Source: Azolla caroliniana (lineage: Eukaryota > Plantae > Polypodiophyta). From it: 64,000 bases of DNA. Of the stretch, positions 14,027-26,684 are shown one piece after another. The stretch lies in contig JBHGNT010000015.1 of assembly GCA_043228905.1 (NCBI GenBank), positions 14,694,001 to 14,758,000 of the forward strand, written 5' to 3'. A model generated the notes under the pieces. It was not told the DNA's origin, did no database searches, and was given only the letters and a program-made list of their open reading frames with translations. The position numbers and the translations under genes are program-made. Within the stretch, counting starts at the first letter, position 1, and each line of letters starts with the position of its first letter.

Positions 14027-17000
14027 TTATTTATTATGCAAAGATTGAGGGTTCATACCATAATATTTGTAGTAATCATATTTCTTGTTCTCTTCTTGAT
14101 GCCTAGGCATATATGGTGGTGATTGTTGCCATTGCTTTCGTGGAGGATTTCTATCATGAAACCATTCCCTAGTCTTCATTTTTTTGTAAGGAGGGAGACT
14201 AAGTAGCCTTTCTATTTCCATTTGTCTCTCTTTCTGCATTTGTCTAGCCATGCTGGAAAAACACGCAATCATGTGAGGTTGAATGAGTTTTGAATTAGTT
14301 CACATAGATGCATTTGCACAAATTTAGCATTGGGGAACATCAAAATTTTTAATTGGTAGATTTCCAATTTTGTGAGAGTTGTCACATTTTGTCTTTGCAC
14401 ACATGTTATGTATAATGTGTCATCACCCATTTAACTACATTTCTTAGTGAAAATAAGAACCGTTATTTTGTATTTGTATTTCTTTTAAATATTCATGTAT
14501 ATGTTTTGAATAAGTGGAGGTATTTTTTCAAGCAATAAATGACCTCGGAAATTCTTTTTGGCTGAAGAAGATGGAACAAGTTAATATAAAACCATCCTAT
14601 GCTTGGAAATGAAAGACACCCAATGAATTCTCAACTTGCGACTCTAAGCAACCTACATGTGGATATTGCAAATTTTAAAATTTTCACTTCTTGTAGAAAT
14701 CCAATGGATTGAGCTCATGATTCATAAACTTGTCTAATGGAAGTTGTGTTGAGGACTGGAGACATATAGTCTTATGTAGACTTACATGAAGGCTTTGAAC
14801 TCATGATTCTTAGGTTCACAACTTACATGAATCACATTGAATGCAAATATATGGGCTAAGTTCTTCAGTTTTTTGCCTTACGTTTCATTGCAAAACACAA
14901 GTACAAAGGATAGGTATGTGGCGTTACTAGATTGGATAATACCCCTTCATAGCCTTTAAAGCTATTTTTGGAAATTTGTTTTATCGCCCAATATCATGTT
15001 TAATGCCCCTTGCTTGCCAACTTCGAGACAAGTTTTCTCATTTACATTCTTAGTTTTTTTCCTCCTTTTTAAATGATTTTAATTTCTCTACGGTAATGCA
15101 AATTTACATATGAAATATGAACCACTCCATGTCAAGGTCTTGATAAACTACTTATGAAAATATTTATATATTTACTCATGCATGATGCATTTATGTTACA
15201 ACTCATCAACCATATTTAGAGATCACATTCGTGGTAGACATCCTTAATTTTCACTTAGTTATACTAAAATTGAGGATTTTAAAGAACCTTCTAGACAAGT
15301 TCAACCTCAATTTGGCCTCCTACAAAGTTTTCATAGAAAATTTCTTTTACATTTTCTTTCATATAACCCTATTTCATCCCGTGGGATCTTTAACAATGTT
15401 CACACACTTTTGATATAATTGCTAAATGTGGTAGGGGCTTTGGTTTATCAATATGAATTCTATGATTAAAATAATGGAGACATTGCTTTTACAAGTTGTG
15501 TGTAGGCCCCTCAACTACTAGGGCTCACTAATATCATGTATTTGCACGTTGTTAAGTGAGGTAGAGGGTTTGGTTTATCAAAATGAATTCTATGATTGAA
15601 ATAATGGAGGCATTGATTTTACAAGTTGTTTGTAGACCTCTCAACTATTAGGGCTTACTAATATCATAAATCTGCATGTTGGCAAGAGTGGCGAGGGACT
15701 TGGTTTATCTCAATGAGTTCCACGATTGAAAAAATTGAGACATTTCTATTACAAATTGTGTGTAGACCCCTAACTCCTAGGGCTTATTAATGTCATGGAT
15801 CAACATGTTGAGACTCTTCATGCAATGAATGGCATATCTTCCAACTTATTAGCTTAAAATGTCACACGCAAGACCATGATGAGACATGGTAATGATCTTG
15901 AAAGGTAATTTTACGTTGACATGCACTATTACAATTGCTTGGAATTCCCAAGGTATAGTTTGGTGAGCTTAGATTCTATGGGATTGCAAAACCTTGTCAA
16001 CAATGCATGATAAATGCAATTTTTATGATGTCAAGCACACTTGGCTTGTTTGAAGGCTCATTAAATTATTGCAAAGTAAAATGATCAACCACCAACTAGG
16101 AACCAAGAAGAGATGTTGGGAACTATTTCATGGATGGTGATGAGCATTTGACTAAAAATCTACACCAAATATGATGCTTGGTGAACTAAGAAACCCGTGA
16201 CCCATAACACATCTTGTGAGGGGAACACCGGTTATCAAAAGTGTCATCATTGATAGATCAACATGAAGTGACAGATGGTAACATTGGGCTTGTCAATAAC
16301 TAAATGGAACAAGACTAGGTAGGTACCCTTATGTATAATTACAAGTGACATGAGCAAGAAACTTCCTAACACATAATTAATCGGAAGTGATAATTAACAA
16401 CAAATGGTTCGATGGTCATAGATCATAACCAAAAAGCGATTATTGAGATTGTCGTTGATGATAGATGGATGAACTCGAATGACTTGTACAAAAATGTCAA
16501 TATCAATAGGTCACTGGAGACCGAGTACCCTAATAACCAAAAGGAAGTAAGGAACTAGAATTGCTTGAATACTTGATGATCAACCAAAAGTCATGGTTGA
16601 CCTGCTTTGGAGTGTACTGATGTCAATAGACCTGCTTTGGAGTGTACTAATGTCAATAGATTATGGGGAACAGATTATCGAGAGTGACATTGATGAAAGC
16701 ATTGTTAATAGAGGAATTGAAAATGCTTACATATAGTGTGATTGTGCTATAGAAAATGGACCCGAAATGATTATCCATGCCAGTAAACCAATGACAAGTA
16801 ATAGGAGTGTGGGCATCAACAACTTGGGGGGAAGGTGGCAAAGTGATTTGATGCATTGTGATTTAATTGAAAGGAACGTATATTGACAAAACAAGTGCCG
16901 TTAATGTCAATAGATCAATCAATGGAGGGGTGTGGACTTAAGATACTAAAAAAATAAGTGTCCTAGTAAAATATCGTCGGAGATTGTAGTTTATTGGGAC

Positions 17001-18023
17001 AATGGATACTTCATGTGTGTGAGAGTGGCGAGAGAGATGATCGAGCGAGGGAATATTGATGCTTAATGATTGAATACCAAATGACCTATCGATCGATAGA
17101 TCGTGGGAATATTGATGCGTAATGATTGAATACCAAACGACCTATCGATCGTTCGAGGGAATATTGATGCGTAATGATTGAATACCAAACGACCTATTGA
17201 TCGATTGATGGAATATTGATGCTTAATGATTGAATACCAAACGAACTATTGAGGGAATATTGATGCTTAATGATTGAATATTGATCGATCGATATATAGA
17301 TACTTATTAACGATCGAATATCTCCAAGTAGAGGAAGATGAGACTTACTTCTCGAAGAGAATCTTGGGCTTCAATGGCTTCGGGTTCCACGGAGGAGGAG
17401 GAGGAGGAATCATCTGAAGCTCACAACAATTGCTCCAATTCTGCAAACAAAAAGCCAAATCAATCAATCCAAGCTTTCAAAATTTTGGGGTGGATTAAGT
17501 TTCGGTATGCAAAATCTGCAATGGGGATTAAGTTTCCGTATGGAAAATCTGCGATCCCATTAATTAGTACCTGATTCGGGGTCGTGCAATCGACAGGTTC
17601 GCTCGAGCACACGATTACGTAGTCGACAGGCTCCACATTCCCATGGATCGGATCGACTTCACGATGATGATGATGAGGAATGGCCGATCCTAAATCGTCA
17701 GAATTATAGTCACCATCATCGATCGATCGATCGGGTGCCGCTTCCCCAGGGATAGAGTGGACCCGGGGCAGCTGAAATGATGGATTAGGGTAATTGCAGG
17801 GAGGGAGATTAGGGCTCATCCGAGGATTAATGTTCTGATTAGGGCTCATCTGAGGGTTAGTGTTCTGATTAGGGCTCTGATTCTTAGAGTTGTGATCCAT
17901 GGCAGGATGAGATATGATGGAGGTTATGACAAATTTGCCATACTCGCTGTTGGTGGTGCGCCATCGCGGGTTCTGCAGCCAATCCTTGGGCATTATTAGG
18001 TCATGGCGATGAGGATCCCACAT
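14027..18023 (-). CDS. Putative 3-exon orphan gene, about 256 aa (exons 18023-17571, 17440-17349, 14252-14027)
   Basis: Canonical splice sites: CAG|GTAC at 17571, TTTGCAG| at 17440, AA|GTAAGT at 17349, TTTTCCAG| at 14252. Phases join without stops: MWDPH...CTTPNQ-NWSNCC...PKILFE-NMARQMQKER...LHNK*. No homology recognised with confidence; additional exons cannot be excluded. Confidence 0.55.
15427..15810. repeat. Diverged tandem repeat, about 128 bp x 3
   Basis: Recurring TTGGTTTATC...ATGATT(G/A)AAA...TTACAA(G/A)TTGT...TAGGGCT...AAT unit. Confidence 0.8.
17049..17280. repeat. Minisatellite, about 44-56 bp x 5
   Basis: Unit GGAATATTGATGC(T/G)TAATGATTGAATACCAAA(C/T)GACCTAT... repeated 5 times, the last copy truncated. 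Confidence 0.9.
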
Positions 18024-18169
18024 GATTACTTCCTTTTTTTTCTTCTCTGATGATTCCTGTTGCGATGTTATTTGCACTTAACAGTCTTACAGACACACAC
18101 ACAGATTTCTCACCACAGACACAGACATAGAAACAGAGAGGCATGAAAAGCCATCATCGAAAAGACAAC

Positions 18170-18485
18170 ATCAAATTTCAAATTTCAAAATCCAAAAATC
18201 CAAAAATCCAAAATCAAATATCAATTATCGGAAATTGGAAAACAAAAAGTACAAATTGACCAAAATCTTAAAATCCAAAAATCCAAAATCAAAATCAAGA
18301 ATCAAGAATCAAGAATCAAGAATCAAATATCAATTATCGGAAACTGGAAAATAAAAAGTACAAATTGGAAAAATAGAAAATAGAAAATCAAAATCCAAAA
18401 TCCAAAATCCAAAATCCAAAATTGGAAATTGGAAAATAAAAACTACAAATTGGAAAAATAAAAAATAGAAAATCAATATCAATCC
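18170..18485. repeat. A-rich low-complexity repeat (AAAATCC / AAGAATC units)
   Basis: Seen directly in the sequence. Confidence 0.8.
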
Positions 18486-18798
18486 ACTATAATCCATTGA
18501 TTTATCAATAACTAGCTCTATGATGCGTGGGGAATTTTGGGATTCATACTCCCATGAGAATATCGACTCTAAGGATTTGCCAAAACATTCTGTTCTTCAT
18601 TTATGTTGCACTTATGGTATTTCTCTTAGGGGTTTGGGAGGCAATCTTTTTTGGCATTTCCTCCCGTGCATTTTCGGCATTTTATTTGGTACGACGAGGT
18701 TTCCTCAGTTTCTCTTAGAATCTAGATGGGAAATGCCTAGATTAAGTGCCGAAAGGAGCCCTGTTTTGTTGTAGTGTGTCGAAAATCAATGAAGGATT

Positions 18799-19975
18799 TG
18801 TTAGGAATATAGATCCGAATCGGGATGATTTGGACTACCAACTCAATCAAGACAAATTAAACAATAGGTGAAACCACAAGACGAAAATGAGAGTACACCA
18901 AATTTTTTAACGTGGAAAACCCAAAATAGGGAAAAACCACGGGAACCGTAGGTTCTGAACAACTTCACTATATCTTTGAGTACAACGGAATACAACCTCA
19001 CTAGAGGAGTGTATCTACCTCAAGGCAATGGCCTTGGTTACAACCTTCACCCAATCGGGTGTATAAAATAACAAAAATTACAATTGAGTATAATCTCTCT
19101 AGTTTGGACTAGAGGAAATGAACTAGCCTCAAGGCAACAACCTTGGCTACTATCTTCACCCTATTGGGTGGACAAGACAACAAAGATTACAACTAAGTAT
19201 AGTCTCTCTAGTTTTGAACTAGAGGAAATGAACTAGCCTCAAGGCAATAGCCTTGGCTACTATCTTCACCCTATTGGGTGAATAAATCAACGAAAAGTAG
19301 AGAATAGAAGGGAAAAACAAAGAACGAAGGAACTTGATACAGATGGATAGAAGAGATATGTCACGAACAACCCCTTGCGGATCTCTTCTCTTCTGCAAAG
19401 CGCTCTTGCTCTTACTCTCGTACTCAGGCACAATGTCTCTACGTTTTTTGTTTTTCTCTTTTGGTTCTCTCACTTCTCTGTGTATACCATTGTCTCTTTG
19501 TGTGTTGTCTCTGTACTCAAAGTTATCTCTGTTTTCTCTCTTTCACTCGGTGTCTCAATCTCTGAGTTCTATCTCTGATTTTTCAGCGCTCTCTCTCGTT
19601 TCTTATATGTTATTTTTCTGTTCTCTGTCACGCTGTTTTGTGTCTGCCCCTCTTCCTTCAGCCTTGTAGAGCAACGTCTCTTTTTGTATCTGTATTCACA
19701 CCTGAACATACAAAAAAGACACACAAAAAACAACATAATAAAACATACATACATACTTGTCCACACCTATATGTATATATTTGTAAATAGGTATACTTAA
19801 TTATATCTTCCTTTTTTTTCCCTTTTTCAGCCCAATCGGCACTCAACCAAATCGGCGCTTTGCCTTTAGGTGGTTGTCAGCCGACTCTCGACTTCCTGTC
19901 GATCCTCAGCTAGCTCTAAGTCGGGTCTTCAACCTCAGCCGGTTGTGGGCTCCACTTGAGTGGATAGACCCAACA
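18799..19975 (-). mobile_element. Ty1/copia-type solo LTR (about 1.18 kb) with internal ~108-bp tandem repeats
   Basis: TGTTAGG...CCCAACA termini; flanks GGATT and AGATT; ACGTGGAAAACCC...GGAAAAACCACGGG motif is the reverse complement of the U5 motif in the copia LTR at about 33516-33550. Confidence 0.7.
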
Positions 19976-20447
19976 AGATTGAACATAACTTGGTGTGTGT
20001 TAGATGATTATGGGATGCAACTGTTGAAGCCATGTGTTTCTTCTCTCTCACTCATGTGTTTCCTAGTCTAGTTGTTATTGCTTTGGTGTGTAGTCCCCAC
20101 TTTGTCAGTAGTGTTACTTTCTGCACACTACTTTCTATATAGTCTTACTTCACTCTAGTGCATCTAGAGGTAGAGCTTGATAGTCTTACTTCACTTTATG
20201 CATCTAGAGGTAGGGCTTGTATCTTCCTTGTATTCTCTTTGTTGATAGTGGAATGTTTTGGACTTCAACGAGTCCACTTGTTTTTCTTGCACAAATGTTG
20301 ATTTTGAGGACTTGACTAAAATTTAGTAAGTGTACTTATGTCTGGCCAAACCTGGATTTGTATAAGAGACCTCTAGTGTGTTAGACTAGCATGATAACAC
20401 ACTAAAGGTCTTCGGTTCTAGTTTGGGTTTTGTTACGGGCATGACCA

Positions 20448-21265
20448 TATAATATCCGGTGGTAAGTTATACCGTAGTATTTTACACACGAGGATAATAT
20501 GTGAGCTAGATCCTAACGTAAGCGTATGATAAAGAAAATAATATAAATATAGATAGAGAAGAGAGAGAGAGAGAGAAGGGTGTTAATCCACCCGACCACC
20601 CCCAAGCGAAGGGATCAAGACGGACTTGAGCCTTGATTGGCGTCCCATACCAGAATCGATCGGCCACAACTGGTTAACACGTATACAAATATGGGTGCAA
20701 AGATCGTGAATGACAGTACACAGACAAACGCGAATAGAAATATAGAGACACAAGTGTTTTTACGTGGAAAACCCAAAAAGGGGAAAAACACGAGGGTCCA
20801 CAAACCCCAAGAAACAAATCATTATATAAAGAGAGGATTACAAGGAGACTCACAAGCACCGACCTCGAGCTCGGAATCATCTAACTATCACTCTCTCACT
20901 CTCTCTCACTCTCTATGTCTCAGTTATAGTGGCAACAACCAACTATATATTTTCTACAACTATACAACAATGATCATCGTAACATAATGATTGCCCTAGG
21001 TGTATTTATATTAATACAACATTTAGGGCTATTTACAAATATAGCCCACAAGGGCACGTTAACTATATTTACAAATATAGCCCCGAGTCGGGTTCGACCA
21101 ATTCAGCTATTAGCCGAATCGATTCTGATTCGATTTTCTACCACGATTGAATCGAACAATCGGTTTGATTTTTCGGCCTCGACCAAGTTGCTGTCAATCG
21201 ATTCAGTTCTCCCTTTTCTTCGACTCACGCTCCTCTTCCCATCCGGAAGGACTTGTTTCCTAACA
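20448..21265 (-). mobile_element. Probable copia solo LTR nested in another copia LTR
   Basis: Ends CCTAACA; same ACGTGGAAAACCC motif at 20762; TGACCA on both flanks. The left boundary is uncertain. Confidence 0.5.
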
Positions 21266-21269
21266 TGAC

Positions 21270-21642
21270 CACCACTTGAAGAGGTGGTGGAGACTTAACT
21301 ACCTACTATATATGTGTTGTAGAACTTAATGTTCTATGACACACTAGTTACTATACTAGGAGGTGTGGTGTTCACACACTTGAGTATACTAAAGTGGGTT
21401 CCCACACTAGGGAAGTTGAGTTTGATTCTCAACACGCCCCTTCAAACACAAGTTCTAGTCGTCTGACGGTTGGTTCGGATTGGTCACTAGTCTTCAGGTT
21501 GGCTTTGAGTCAACTTCGGCTTCGGATAGTCGTTCTACTCTGTGTCGGGCGGCTCCTCATCCATACTCCCCCTCAAGCTAAGTTGGTCGGTAATAGAAAG
21601 ACCTAGGTTTGTCGTGAATTGCCGCAACTTGTTGGCCCTCGG
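21270..21642 (-). mobile_element. Copia remnant: part of 3' LTR, PPT and RNase H C-terminus
   Basis: CTCAACA|CGCCCCTTCAA (LTR start plus PPT on the minus strand, about 21432); second PPT-like CTCCCCCTCAAG; minus-strand ANKLRQFTTNLG. Confidence 0.6.
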
Positions 21643-21837
21643 GTAGGAATCAACAACGGTTCGGTTTAGGCTTAACCAGTTTGGCCTTATCCAAGCCAAA
21701 CCGCTTAAGCCTAAACCGTTTAATGGTTCTTAAACCTTAATCAAACCAAACCGAACTGATCCCTAAACCAGTTTGGGAAACGGTTTGTGAACCGGTTTAG
21801 GAACTAGTTTGGAATATTGTAGTTTGATAGTTTGAAA

Positions 21838-22723
21838 CATAGTATGAACCATGCGTACCATTCGTGCATTCGTGTTCGAGAATGATTCAATCATTCGAGA
21901 ATGATAAACACTCTCGAAGAATGATAAATACCATACTTTTGGATAAATGGTTTACTATAAGGTAAACATTTTTTCACGGAAAAAAAATTTAAAAAATTGC
22001 AAAAAAAAAAACATATTACCTTCTTAATAACAATATGTTTTTTTTCGTAAATTCTAATAACAACTACCCAAAATGCCTAGTCTCCAAAAAAATCCTCAAT
22101 GAGGTGTTACATCAAAACGAGCATTCCTAATCTTCATTCAAGGTGATATCATCATCTTCAAAATCATCATCCTCATCTTGTGCATTATCATCAAGATAAG
22201 ACATCACATTGGTGAGGCTCTCATTTTCATCAACTTCTTGTGCTTCTTGTTCATCAATTTCTGAAAGATGAAATTTCAATCAAAATTTCTGAAATTTCAA
22301 TCATCACAGAAATTTCAGAAATTTCACGATGAAATTTCATCACAGAAATTTCAGAAATTTCAACACAGAAATTTCAGAAATTTCAATCATCACTGAAATT
22401 TCGTTGATGAAATTTCGTGATGAAATTTCTGATTTTTCAGCACAGAAATTTCATCACTGAAATTAAAACCATATTTCTACACTAAATATACCTGAAGGTT
22501 GAATGCACTTTGTAGAATCGCAAATCGTTTGAGGCTAGGTTGTAGAGGAGAAGAGAGCGTAACGTTAGTGCAGAGGAAAAGGGAGAAAAGAGGGAAAAAT
22601 TGAAAAAAATTGAAAAAAAAATGAAAAAAAAAAACACACGAATATTTGCATATCATTCGTGTTCGTTTTCCAACGTATGAAAACGAATGATATGGCAGAC
22701 GAACACGAATTTTACGTACTATG
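21838..22723. mobile_element. Non-autonomous hAT-type DNA transposon (886 bp)
   Basis: 8-bp TSD GTTTGAAA at 21830-21837 and 22724-22731; TIR CATAGTA/TACTATG; subterminal ATTCGTG/CACGAAT repeats; inserted into an AACCG-rich, hAT-like subterminal region (about 21643-21830). Confidence 0.85.
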
Positions 22724-22977
22724 GTTTGAAATATGTATTAAAACCTCCTAACCCTAAACCTTACATATGATTATTACCCAATAATAGTTATAGAAAGATA
22801 TTTATCGATCCACGCACCCTTAGTGACCTCTCCCATGGGTGATATAAAAAGATTTCTTTCTACACCCCTACCCTAGTGACATTAGAGGTAGTTGACCTGA
22901 TGAAGAGTCTTAAATCTTCTCACCCATCCATTGTGGGGATAACAAAAGGAAGAGGAGAGAAGAAGGCTTTGGGGACA

Positions 22978-23015
22978 CGGGTATTCTTGTGTAATTTAGA
23001 AGAAAGAAGAAGAAG

Positions 23016-23046
<31 letters not shown>

Positions 23047-23205
23047 GAGGAGAGGAGAGGGGTATCCTTTGTAATTTAGAAGAAGTAAGAAGAAGAAGTA
23101 AGAAGAAGAAGAAGAAGAAGAAGTAGTGAGGAGGGGAGAGGGGTATCCTTTGTAATTTAGAAGAAGTAAGAAGAAGAAGTAAGAAGAAGAAGAAGTAAGA
23201 AGAAG

Positions 23206-23240
<35 letters not shown>

Positions 23241-23341
23241 GAGGAGGGGAGAGGGGTATCATTTGTAATTTGGAAGAAGTAAGAAGAAGAAGAAAGAAGA
23301 AGAAGAAGTGAGGAGAGGAGAGGGGTATCCTTTGTAATTTC
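22978..23341. repeat. Compound tandem repeat (GGGTAT...TGTAATTT plus variable (GAA)n) immediately upstream of SWI3A
   Basis: Five copies of the conserved motif separated by GAA/GAAGTAA tracts of different lengths. Confidence 0.9.
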
Positions 23342-23478
23342 CATTCCTTGCCTCCTCTTCTTCCCTCTTTTCTCTCCTTCTTTCCTTCCTTCCCTCTTCT
23401 TTGGGCTCTGCAGATCCTTGAGGGGGCCTCAAATCCGTCTGTCTCTCTGCTACAGAGCTATCACTGGACCCCGAAACC

Positions 23479-26400
23479 ATGGCTTCTGAAGTGGCCGCAG
23501 CAGCAGAAGCAGCAGGAGGAGGAGGAGGAGGAGGAGGAAGAAGAAGAAGAGACGATGATGTTTCTGCTGCCATTGATGCTGATGCTTATGAAGATGAGGC
23601 TTTTTGCTCTCTCCGAGAAGGAGAAAAGCCTCCCCCTTTCGAACCTCGGCTTGCAGATATCACCTCTTCTCATCTGGGCTTCTTTCCTGGCGATGGAAAG
23701 CAGAAGAATGTGGCAGAACCGCACCATCCTCCTTCCCATTCTCTCTCCGCTTCCAAGCTTCGCGAGCCTTTGAATCGAGAAATGTACCGAATCCCCAGCT
23801 ACGCAGGTAACCAGAAGATACTATCATCTTAAACGCTGTGCTATTTTATTTTTAAAATTATGTCTGTAATAAGTATCTGTGCTTAATGTTTATGTTTTTT
23901 AAATTATATCTGTAATAAGTATCTGAAAGTTGCAGGCTGGTTCTCTTGGGGAAAGATTCATGCGATCGAGCGCCAATCTTTGCCTGAGTTCTTCGATGGC
24001 CGCTCAATTTCAAAGACCCCCAAAGTGTACAAAGAATACCGTGAGTTTATCATCAACAAGTATAGAGAAATTCATCCACGGAGGAGTCTGACCTTTACCG
24101 AGGTTAGGAAGATGCTCGTTGGCGATGTGAACCTCCTTAGAAAAGTCTTTGGCTTCTTGGAGTATTGGGGATTAATTAATTTCCACGTTAACAAGCCAAG
24201 CGAGGCCATAACTTCAGCGGAAAAGAATGTGATAGACCATAATGCCGATTGTTCAGACGTCATGCCACAAGAGACAATCACAGATAGTGTCACGAAGGGA
24301 AAATGTGAAACTGAAATGCCTACAACTCTGGATCCTGATCAGGTATCCAATCATTCAAAATTAGAGACAAGTGTGCTAGAGTCACTGGACAAAGTGGAAG
24401 AAAAGCTGCTAAATAAGGGTGAGGGTGTTTCTCAAAGCTGTGGAAAACAACCGAATGAACCTGTTTCTCCTGTTCCTGATGATTGGACAATGCAAGAAGT
24501 CCTCCGCCTCTTAGAAGGTTTAGCGAAGTATGGAGAAAATTGGAACCAAGTCGCACACTATGTGGCTACCAAGTCGAGGGCAGAGTGTATAACACGCTTT
24601 GTTAGGTTACCATTCGGGGATCAGTTCTTCACAAATGTGGGAATGGAGACTTCTGATCTAGTTGCTTCCAGTGAGAGCATGGCAAAGACAAGTCAGAAAG
24701 AAAACAACGATATGGGTCCAGATCTTATCTCTGATGTGGGCCGTAAAAGTCTTGAAGAAATAGAAGGAGCACGGGAATCACCGTTGAAACGAAGCCGTTT
24801 GACACCATTGGCAGATTCCAGCAATCCAATCCTTGCTCAGGTGTGTTAATGATTTTTTCTATATAATGAATAGTTTTCAAATAGTCTCTTCAGAGGACTT
24901 GGCTTCCTTCTATCATAAGTACCTGGAAATCCTTTGATGAGTAAGTGTTCTTGACAATGCTTTTTATGGTATTTCTTTATTTCTTTCTTTAGGCAGCATT
25001 TTTGTCGGCCATGGCAGGGCCACGGGTTGCAGCGGCAGCAGCACAAGCAGCTGTGGCTGCTCTTTCAGAAGAGGATCCTATCTCAACCCAGCTTCTATCA
25101 TCACTTAACCGATGCAATCATACTACCAATAAGGACAGTTTGACATTGTCAAACCCTCTCCAACTGACACGGTAAATATTGTGACTAGTATCATGTGTTC
25201 CAAATGGGCTATAGTAGTAAAATGGTGAACCAGCCAGTGTGAACATGGATGCCTTTTCTTATATATTGCCACTTACTAATTGGGGCCTTTTTGACACTGG
25301 CTGGCCATGGGTTTACTGATGCCTATCCAAAAATGTCTGCTTAACATGTACTGTATGTAGTTTATTTGAGCAGAGTAAGTAGGTGAAGCTTGGAATTTTC
25401 AAATTTTTTATCTAATATTTTGTATTGGACTGGTGGATTGGCAGGGATGGTGTGAAGTTGGAGAATGGTAGGGATGAGGATGTCATACCAAGTAAGAAGG
25501 GTAAGATAATGCTTTGTCATTGTCCTGGTCTCTAATTTTAGGTATAAAATTTTCCGAATCCCATATTGTTTGGTATAAAATAGGCAATTCACTCAATTAT
25601 CCAATATTATTTGTGTACCTTGAAAATTTTCAGAATCCCTGATTGTTTGGTATAATATACGCAATTCCAATGAGATGTTTATGACGGTCAGTGATCATTA
25701 GTAGAGCGTTAGTTTTCTATCCTATCTCTCTTCATATTAGTTAACTAAGAATGAGATAGTGTTGTTTTGAAAATCTTTTAGGGCTATGAGAAGGATCTTC
25801 CATTAGTTTCCATATCTTCATAACTTTCACAAATGCAAAAACCCAAATTGTGCTGTACCCTTTAAGGAAAAGACTGGGTAATATGACAATATGCTTTGTA
25901 AGGATTGTCAAGTGAATGAATTCGAGCTAGTTTAAAGGTAGAACAAGTAGAAATAAGTATTAAGAAGTAAACATTTTGTCCTAAAGTATGGCTTGGGATA
26001 GCATCGTCAAGTGAAAGAACTCAAGCTAATTTAAAGTTACAACAGGTAGAAGTAAGTACTAAGAAGTAAACATGTTGTCCTAAAGTATGGCTTGGAATCG
26101 AGGGGTTTTGTCCTAAAGTATGGCTTGGATAGCATATTGATAAAAGAGACTTGGTATACAGGAGATCAAGAAAATGGGAAGGGAATTCTTCCTTCTGCTG
26201 TCCGTGTGGCAGACGATATCGATATTGGGGCCATCGTTGCGAATGCAAAGTCATCACTTGACCAGGAGGAGCGTGAAATTGAGCACCTGATGACAGGCAT
26301 AATTGACAATGAGGTATGGGTTTTATTTCTTTTTGTACATTGACAAAAGCTTTGGTGAGTGGTATTGTGGTAACTCCCAAAACCAGAGGTCTATTGTTGT

Positions 26401-26684
26401 AACTGTTGGGGTGTTTTTAAGAGTTGTGCCCGTTTCTTCTTCTTTTGTACTTTCACAAAAGCTTTGATGAGGTTATTGTAAGCATTTGTCTATTGGATAG
26501 GTGAGCCTTTTTTTGTTATCATTTTTTATTAATGCAGTTAAAGCAGCTGTATAATAAGGTGGAATATTTCGAGGAGTTGGAGTTCTTACTTGAGAAGGAG
26601 CTTCTACAGGTGGAGAGAGCACAATTTCAAGTCCTTGCAGACTGGATCCGGTATTCACATTATCATTATAACTCTGGGCCTTAA
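23479..26684 (+). CDS. SWI3A: SWI/SNF complex subunit SWI3A-like (SWIRM, SANT, SWIRM-associated coiled coil), about 588 aa; exons 23479-23806, 23936-24840, 24993-25171, 25445-25500, 26162-26313, 26538-26684
   Basis: SWIRM: [27 protein letters not shown]...KTPKVYKEYREFIINKYRE...VGDVNLLRKVFGFLEYWGLINF. SANT: WTMQEVLRLLEGLAKYGENWNQVAHYVATKSRAECITRFVRLPFGD. Also ADSSNPILAQAAFLS and DQEEREIEHL...LKQLYNKVEYFEELE. GT-AG introns with consistent phases; exon 4 is the least certain. Confidence 0.92.

Noticed and set aside
22978-23341. CRISPR-like repeat/spacer appearance
   Set aside because: Eukaryotic context, the spacers are GAA microsatellites, and there are no cas genes.
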